64,000 nucleotides of DNA, taken from contig CAWFSF010000006.1 of NCBI GenBank assembly GCA_963818475.1, positions 960,001 to 1,024,000 of the forward strand, given 5' to 3'. Below are positions 58,281 to 64,000 of the stretch, in pieces. Below the pieces are notes generated by a model that was not told the origin of the DNA, did not search any database, and saw only the letters and a list, made by a program, of their open reading frames with translations. Within the stretch, counting starts at the first letter, position 1, and the number at the start of each line of letters is the position of its first letter. The stretch is from Nitrospirota bacterium. Lineage in GTDB: Bacteria > Nitrospirota > UBA9217. The position numbers and the translations under genes are program-made.

Positions 58281-58989
58281 ATGTCAGAACTTAAAAGAAT
58301 TGACACTCTTGAGGGGAAAGCCGGCCATCCTGCACTCTGCGTATTGCCTGAGATCGAAAAAGAAGATGAACTGTTTGAGATCATATGGACATTAAAAGAA
58401 GAAGGAAATCTTACGTCTAGAGCAGATCATTCAGAGCTGTACGATAAAAGAATGTGAATCCATCCTCGCGGATCTGGCCAAGCATGGATGGATAGAGCTG
58501 AAAGGTCAAACTATTGAACTTCTCCCGAAGGGAGAGCAAAGAGCGCGTGAGCTTGTTCGGAGGCATCGTTTATCGCTTCGATTGTTCTATGATCTTTTTG
58601 CCCTGGATGGTGCAGAAGCAGAGGCATGCAAGTTTGAGCATATCCTTTCGCCCGAAGTAACAGACAGCGTCTGCACGTTGCTTGGACATCCGCCGAATTC
58701 TCCGGACGGCAAGCCGATACCGCGGGGGCAATGCTGTACCATGTTCCGGCAGGAAATGAAGCCGCTCGTAGCGCCGCTTGCTGACCTTATGCCCGGGGAA
58801 CAGGGAAAGATCGTCTTTATTACTCCGGGTTCCCATTCCCGTCTCGACAGGCTATCTGCAATGGGAGTTGTTCCGGGAAGCGTTGTAAAACTGCATCAGA
58901 AAAAACCATCCTATGTGCTGCAACTGGGGGAGACCATGATTGCTGTTGATAAGGACATTACCAAAGAGATATTTGTGAAAAAGGTCTGA
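58281..58989 (+). CDS. DtxR/MntR-family metalloregulator fused to a FeoA domain, frameshift near 58415
   Basis: Manual translation gives RRHRL, EACKFEH, LGHP..SPDGKPIP; C-terminal RLSAMGVVPG. Confidence 0.85.
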
Positions 58990-59113
58990 AGAGATGCGGA
59001 GCGCGGACGAGGCTGAGACTCCAGGGACAGCGATACACTGAAATGAGAGTTCTCTCAGCGACGCCTGTCTGGTTTTCTTTAAAAGAGCAGGGTATTCAAA
59101 AATTGACAGCGAG

Positions 59114-59701
59114 ATGCTTTTATGCTTTAATGAACCAATGAACAACAGCATTACAGGTTTTAATCTGCCCGACATCCTCCTGCTGATCGCCATGCAGGGC
59201 CTGACAGGAGAACTTGAACTGGAGTCAGGGAATAATATCGGCAGCATGCTTTTTTATCAAGGGCGCATCCTTCACGCGTTATCCCCCTATTCGCGTGCTA
59301 TAGGCGACTTACTTGTGGAAGAGGGCCTCGTTACCGAGTCGGAACTGATCGATACGCTGAAGCAGCAGAAGACCCAGACCCATACACCGCTCGGTTGCTT
59401 ATTCCTGAATTCGGGACGGGTAAGCTTCGAGACCATTGAAATGATGGTCCATGCACAGATTCGCGATGCAGTAAAAGAGTTCCTGTCCTGGGAGCGCCTG
59501 TCCTTCGGTTTCGTAAAAAAAGAGATTCAGCCCTATGATAAAATCAACATGGTAGTGCACGAATTCATCCCGCCGGCAGTACTTACGTCTGCAAAACTGT
59601 ACCTGTGCGACGCTTACTGCAAATCAGCAATCCCCACCTGCCGCTTCTTCAACCAAAGCATCCTGAACAGCCGAGAGCATGGTGTACTCAGCGCGATCTG
59701 A
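59114..59701 (+). CDS. DUF4388 domain protein
   Basis: FNLPDILLLI...TGEL.L, IGDLLVEEG. Confidence 0.78.
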   Translation: MLLCFNEPMNNSITGFNLPDILLLIAMQGLTGELELESGNNIGSMLFYQGRILHALSPYSRAIGDLLVEEGLVTESELIDTLKQQKTQTHTPLGCLFLNSGRVSFETIEMMVHAQIRDAVKEFLSWERLSFGFVKKEIQPYDKINMVVHEFIPPAVLTSAKLYLCDAYCKSAIPTCRFFNQSILNSREHGVLSAI

Positions 59702-60236
59702 CTTTCTTAAGTGCAGCCCGCAATAATCCACGAGCTTCATTAAAGAGCTCGACCATGTCCTTCCGGCGAAAATCAGGATAGGTGTGCTCGAGGGCTACGA
59801 ACGTCCTGCCTTGTTCCCGATACTGGAGCGTAACTTCAGCATAGATATGCCGGCCGATATACACCCGGTGCGAAAAATCCTTGGTTGATGCAAGGACCAC
59901 TTTGGCTTCAGTGACATACCCCGGGTCGATGTTGATGCGGCGATTGCCGCTCACTGCGTGGGAAAGACGCTTCTCGATCAGGTTGGTCATGTTCTTTACC
60001 AGGGCAAGCTGTTCAGGATCCAGCAGGAGTTCAAAGAATATGAAGGTTCGCAGGAGGCCTGTGCCCATCTCTTGTTGATAATATTCAGTCTGGTCCCATG
60101 CTACGATTGGCGCACGCATATCCAGAGGGCCAAATTCCGTGCACAGGAGCTCAGCACATTCATCGAAGAGGGGCCGTTCACGAGAAATCATGCCGACGAA
60201 CAATTTAACCGGAATGGGTTGACGTATATTAGCCAT
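59688..60236 (-). CDS. DUF4416 family protein
   Basis: TEYYQQEMG, RRINIDPGY, LASTKDFSHRVY, HTYPDF. Confidence 0.85.
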   Translation of the reverse strand: MANIRQPIPVKLFVGMISRERPLFDECAELLCTEFGPLDMRAPIVAWDQTEYYQQEMGTGLLRTFIFFELLLDPEQLALVKNMTNLIEKRLSHAVSGNRRINIDPGYVTEAKVVLASTKDFSHRVYIGRHIYAEVTLQYREQGRTFVALEHTYPDFRRKDMVELFNEARGLLRAALKKVRSR

Positions 60237-60495
60237 GACGCACTGTTTCTTACTCAATAATGTAGCGGGATAAACCTGCAGGCCCTGTCCCGGCCTACAG
60301 GCAAAGATTAATAGAGACCGCGCTTAATACGATGGTATTTATCCGCATAGTGGACCTTGTCATCTTACCCATCATCATTTTTGGATTATAGCACAGTACT
60401 CTCCTATAATAAACCAGATCTGTATCCAGCTCAGGCTCCTTCATTGGAGACTGTTTTACTCTTGACAAGGATGTAATCTTTGATATAGTAGCGCA

Positions 60496-60903
60496 ATGGA
60501 GATTACTCGAGAAGGTGATTACGGGATACGAAGTGTCCTATATTTGGCACGCCAGCCGTTCAAAAAGATCTGCTTTGTCAACGAGATCTCGGAAGAGTAT
60601 AAAATTCCCCGCAGTTTTCTAGCTAAAATACTTCAAAAACTCGTAAAAGCCAAGATCGTTCGTTCCTACCGCGGGGTGAAGGGCGGATTCTCCCTTGCAA
60701 AACAAGCCAGGGATATCTCCGTTCTGAATGTTCTGGAGGCAATCCAGGGAAAGCTTGCTCTTAATATCTGCCTTGCAGATAAAAAGCTGTGCAACTTTTC
60801 CCGACATTGTCCGGTTTGTTCTGTGTGGGCAACAGCGCAGTCCAAGGTTGTTGAAGTCCTTAGTAAAGCTAATTTTGAAGATATGGCGAGAGGCAAGGGA
60901 TGA
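60496..60903 (+). CDS. Rrf2-family transcriptional regulator (3 Cys)
   Basis: DYGIR, FLAKIL, RGVKGGF.LA, C..C...CPV. Confidence 0.92.
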   Translation: MEITREGDYGIRSVLYLARQPFKKICFVNEISEEYKIPRSFLAKILQKLVKAKIVRSYRGVKGGFSLAKQARDISVLNVLEAIQGKLALNICLADKKLCNFSRHCPVCSVWATAQSKVVEVLSKANFEDMARGKG

Positions 60904-61000
60904 GCGGTGTAAGCCAGACAGGGGATCAAAAGACATCGCCTGAGCAGAGCTTCAGACAGTATCGTTCTTGATAGATTTTGGCAGATACACGGTGAAATAT

Positions 61001-61042
61001 AAAAACCGCTCCTCGGGCAAAATGCCGGGAGCGGTTTTTTTT
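61001..61042. terminator. Bidirectional terminator
   Basis: AAAAACCGCTCC...GGAGCGGTTTTTTT between convergent genes. Confidence 0.8.
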
Positions 61043-61052
61043 AACGTAATGG

Positions 61053-61409
61053 TCAGCAGCCGACGGGAGCTTTTTTTACCGCAGCAGGCTTTTTCTCGGC
61101 GGCGAAACTTTTTATATACAATACGAGTGACTGCATATCCTCGGATTTAATATCAAGTGCTTTTCCCTTCAGGTTTTCAGTAATGCAGGAATTAATTATG
61201 ACTTCGAGGTCTTTTTTCGCGGCAGCTTTTTCCATGCCTTTCCCGTCTTTATGACAGGTATTGCACGATTTCTCCGTTGTTCCCAGTTTGGGGTCGTTAA
61301 ACAATGCCTTACCCTTATCGACCGTAGCTTCATGACTTGCAGCGAAAACAAAGCCTGAACTACATACAATAACCAGCACAGCGAGTAGAACGAGTTTAAG
61401 CGCTTTCAT
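61053..61409 (-). CDS. Monoheme cytochrome c
   Basis: Signal peptide; GKALFNDPKLG, SCNTCH. Confidence 0.88.
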   Translation of the reverse strand: MKALKLVLLAVLVIVCSSGFVFAASHEATVDKGKALFNDPKLGTTEKSCNTCHKDGKGMEKAAAKKDLEVIINSCITENLKGKALDIKSEDMQSLVLYIKSFAAEKKPAAVKKAPVGC

Positions 61410-61659
61410 AGCATCCTCCTAGCATGATATAAAAAAAATGCTGTTTCTTCCTGTTGTATTTCCCGGGCAGGCATTATACGTGCTGTAAACATAGCATATC
61501 CCGTCGCGATGTCAATGGTGACCGTGATATTTGATTATTCCGCTGTTCGCCGGTTTTGCTACTTAACTGCAATATCTTTGAGTTGACAAACCGCAAGTAT
61601 GCTGGTAGTATTCCTGCGAAAAAAGTTCTAAAAAACAGTGCATTATGTCATGGGGGAAA

Positions 61660-62466
61660 ATGTCCACCATTATTACGCTGACGAGTGATTACGGGACAAA
61701 AGACGCTTTTGCAGCGAGTATGAAAGGCGTGGTATATAAGGTCAATCCCCAGGCTCAGATCGTGGATATAACTCATGAAATCGGCCCGCAGGACGTATGG
61801 GAGGCGGCTTTCACTTTGCGAGCGGCTGCTCAGTATTTTCCGAAGGGCACCGTGCATCTTGCTGTGGTTGATCCCGGCGTCGGGAGCGGCCGCCGGCCGA
61901 TCATCGTGGTAACCGAAAGCTATTATTTTGTCGGACCGGACAATGGTTTGTTCAGCCTTATTTATCAGGAAGCAGAGCGGATCCGGGTGCATCATATCAC
62001 TGCGACGCATTATTTTCTCCCGAATCCCGGCCCGACTTTTCATGGGCGGGACATTTTTGCTCCGGTAGCAGGATGGCTGGCTAAAGGGATTCCTTCGGGC
62101 AACTTTGGCGAAGAAATCACAGACTATGTAAAGTTGAACGTACCCGTACCGAAGATTTCGCAAAGCGCGATCGAAGGCCATGTCGTACATGTCGATCGTT
62201 TTGGAAATATTATCACGAACATTTCGTATAAGCATGTTCAGTCGCTGCTTCCCGAGGGTGCGGTTCTGAACACAATACAGGTCGCGCTCATGGGGAAAGA
62301 GATCAGGGGCCTTAAACATTATTATGCAGAAGCGGCACCAGGAGAGTTGAGTGCGATCGTGAACAGTTCAGGCAATCTTGAGATATTCATGTTCAAACAA
62401 AACGCCCGCGCTGCGCTGTCTGCAAAACGCGGCGAAATCGTCAGGATTTCGGTTGCCAGCGCATGA
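61660..62466 (+). CDS. SAM hydroxide adenosyltransferase (DUF62) family protein
   Basis: ITLTSDYG, VVDPGVGSGRR, GPDNG, TFHGRDIF, DRFGN. Confidence 0.92.
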   Translation: MSTIITLTSDYGTKDAFAASMKGVVYKVNPQAQIVDITHEIGPQDVWEAAFTLRAAAQYFPKGTVHLAVVDPGVGSGRRPIIVVTESYYFVGPDNGLFSLIYQEAERIRVHHITATHYFLPNPGPTFHGRDIFAPVAGWLAKGIPSGNFGEEITDYVKLNVPVPKISQSAIEGHVVHVDRFGNIITNISYKHVQSLLPEGAVLNTIQVALMGKEIRGLKHYYAEAAPGELSAIVNSSGNLEIFMFKQNARAALSAKRGEIVRISVASA

Positions 62467-62550
62467 TTCTCCCTCTTATGCCGCGCTCTGTCGTTTGCCG
62501 CCTGCAATATATGCCTTGTTTACCATCACCCGCCGGATTATAATATCGTC

Positions 62551-63861
62551 ATGAAAACATACCACATTATCACCTTTGGCTGCCAGATGAACGAGCACGA
62601 CTCCGAACGAATGGCCGGCATCCTGAAAGGCCAGGAATACGTTCAGGCGACTGATGCTGCGACTGCGGATGTGATCATATTAAATACCTGCAGCATTCGG
62701 GAAAAAGCGGAGCAGAAATTCTACAGCGAACTGGGACGCCTGCGGACCTTAAAGCAGGAGCGGCCTGAACTTACGATCGCGGTTGCCGGATGCATTGCCC
62801 AGCAGGAAGGGAGGAAGATCCTGTCCCGTGCGCCGTATGTGGATATGATCTTCGGCCCATCTGATGTGGCAAGAGTGTCTGAACTGTCACAATTTGCGAA
62901 TACCTGGAAAAATCCGCTTATTGAGGTCGATGGTGATCCGGACTATCACCGGAAACAGATCCCGACGCAGCGCACCGACCGGCAGAAGGCCTGGGTCTCG
63001 ATCATGTATGGTTGCGATAATTTTTGCACCTATTGTATTGTGCCTTATCTGCGGGGGCGGGAACGCTCCCGTCCGCCAGCGGACGTTGTCAGCGAGGTCC
63101 GCGAGTTGGCAGAACAAGGCTATAAAGAAGTGACACTGCTCGGCCAGAACGTGAATTCCTATGGAAAAGGGGGGCACGATTCAGCGGATTTCCCGGGTTT
63201 GCTTGCCATGCTGAATGACGTTCCCGGCATAGAGCGTATCAGATTTGTCACGTCTCATCCCCGCGACCTGTCAGCAGAGCTCATCATGGCACTTCGAGAC
63301 CTGCCAAAGGTGTGCGAGTCCCTGCACCTGCCCGTGCAAAGCGGTGCGGACCCGATTCTGGCTGCCATGAACAGAAAATACACCCGCGCTGACTATCTGG
63401 ACCGCATACAACGGCTCCGTACCGCAGTTCCGCAAATCGCGCTTACTTCCGACATTATTGTGGGTTTTCCCGGTGAAACTGAGCAGGATTTTTCCCTGAC
63501 CCTGCGGATGCTTCGCGAAGTTGAGTATGACGGTGTTTTTGCATTCAAGTATTCAAAACGGCCAGGCACCGCCGCACTTTCCTTGTCCGGCCATCTTCCT
63601 GATGATGTCAAGGAAGCACGGCTGGCTCAGGTGCTGGACCTTCAGAAAGAGATCTCGCGCAGAAAAAATGCCGCTGCTGTCGGCATGATCTTCGAAGTTC
63701 TTGTTGACGGGCAGAGCAGGAAGGGCGGGCAGCTCACGGGCAGGACGCGCGGCAACAAAGCGGTTAATTTTAACGGTCAGGATTCCCTGATAGGACAACT
63801 CGTCATGGTCCGAGTTACTGATGCCGGGGAAAGTTCGCTGAGCGGTGAAGTATGCGCGTAG
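62551..63861 (+). CDS. miaB: tRNA-2-methylthio-N6-dimethylallyladenosine synthase
   Basis: TFGCQMNEHDSE, NTCSIREKAE, CDNFCTYC, TRAM domain. Confidence 0.97.
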   Translation: MKTYHIITFGCQMNEHDSERMAGILKGQEYVQATDAATADVIILNTCSIREKAEQKFYSELGRLRTLKQERPELTIAVAGCIAQQEGRKILSRAPYVDMIFGPSDVARVSELSQFANTWKNPLIEVDGDPDYHRKQIPTQRTDRQKAWVSIMYGCDNFCTYCIVPYLRGRERSRPPADVVSEVRELAEQGYKEVTLLGQNVNSYGKGGHDSADFPGLLAMLNDVPGIERIRFVTSHPRDLSAELIMALRDLPKVCESLHLPVQSGADPILAAMNRKYTRADYLDRIQRLRTAVPQIALTSDIIVGFPGETEQDFSLTLRMLREVEYDGVFAFKYSKRPGTAALSLSGHLPDDVKEARLAQVLDLQKEISRRKNAAAVGMIFEVLVDGQSRKGGQLTGRTRGNKAVNFNGQDSLIGQLVMVRVTDAGESSLSGEVCA

Positions 63862-64000
63862 CCTTTACGACCCTGGGATGCAAGATCAATCAGTATGAAA
63901 CGGATGCAATCCGGCAGGAAATGGTATCGCGCGGAAATACGGTGGTTCCCTTCGAAGCTGAAGCCGATGTTTACATCATTAACACCTGCACGGTAACCGC
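63852..64000 (+). CDS. mtaB: tRNA methylthiotransferase MtaB, 5' part (runs off the window)
   Basis: MRVAFTTLGCKINQYET...ADVYIINTCTVT. Confidence 0.85.
   Translation, partial: MRVAFTTLGCKINQYETDAIRQEMVSRGNTVVPFEAEADVYIINTCTVT

Noticed and set aside
107-58989. A dozen or so frameshifted genes as true pseudogenes or programmed frameshifts
   Set aside because: They are single-base indels in otherwise intact genes, including housekeeping ones (proA, pilT), and are most simply long-read errors. Only the IS630 split is a known natural feature of that family.
61660-62466. Fluorinase or chlorinase
   Set aside because: The DPGVG..RR and FHGRD motifs and the housekeeping context fit the DUF62 SAM hydrolase

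Overview
Bacterial chromosomal window with a diderm envelope, multiheme cytochromes and DUF4388/DUF4416 genes; a Nitrospirota- or Desulfobacterota-like organism is my inference. Many genes, including housekeeping ones (proA, pilT, dtxR), are split by single-base frameshifts, so the assembly probably carries long-read indel errors. Layout: (1) 0.1-4.7 kb, porin plus multiheme cytochrome cluster; (2) prmA; (3) a ~13 kb island (5.9-18.8 kb) bounded by a ~60 bp direct repeat of the prmA promoter region; (4) 18.9-37.3 kb, accessory patchwork with an SBP-diguanylate cyclase pair, OMPLA, a GxxExxY gene with repeats, GH39 between duplicated DNA, and a candidate structured ncRNA at ~37.0-37.3 kb; (5) 37.3-64 kb, mostly core genes (pilT-like, rplU-rpmA-obgE-proB-proA-nadD-rsfS-rlmH, lapB-like, gpmI, comF, fur-[IS630]-feoB-dtxR/feoA, rrf2, miaB, mtaB). 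The best candidate for an undescribed system is the island. It holds a minus-strand operon with a sigma54-type promoter and a convergent sigma54 activator. Its apparent core genes are a glycine-zipper protein, an HExxH gluzincin-like protein, a 493-aa unknown, a PLP enzyme and an amidohydrolase. Its cargo genes (zinc phospholipase C, amidase plus muramidase, an unknown) lack signal peptides and share an acidic 'I-E-x-E-P-F-E' type N-terminal leader. No database searches were run, so family names come from motif recognition.
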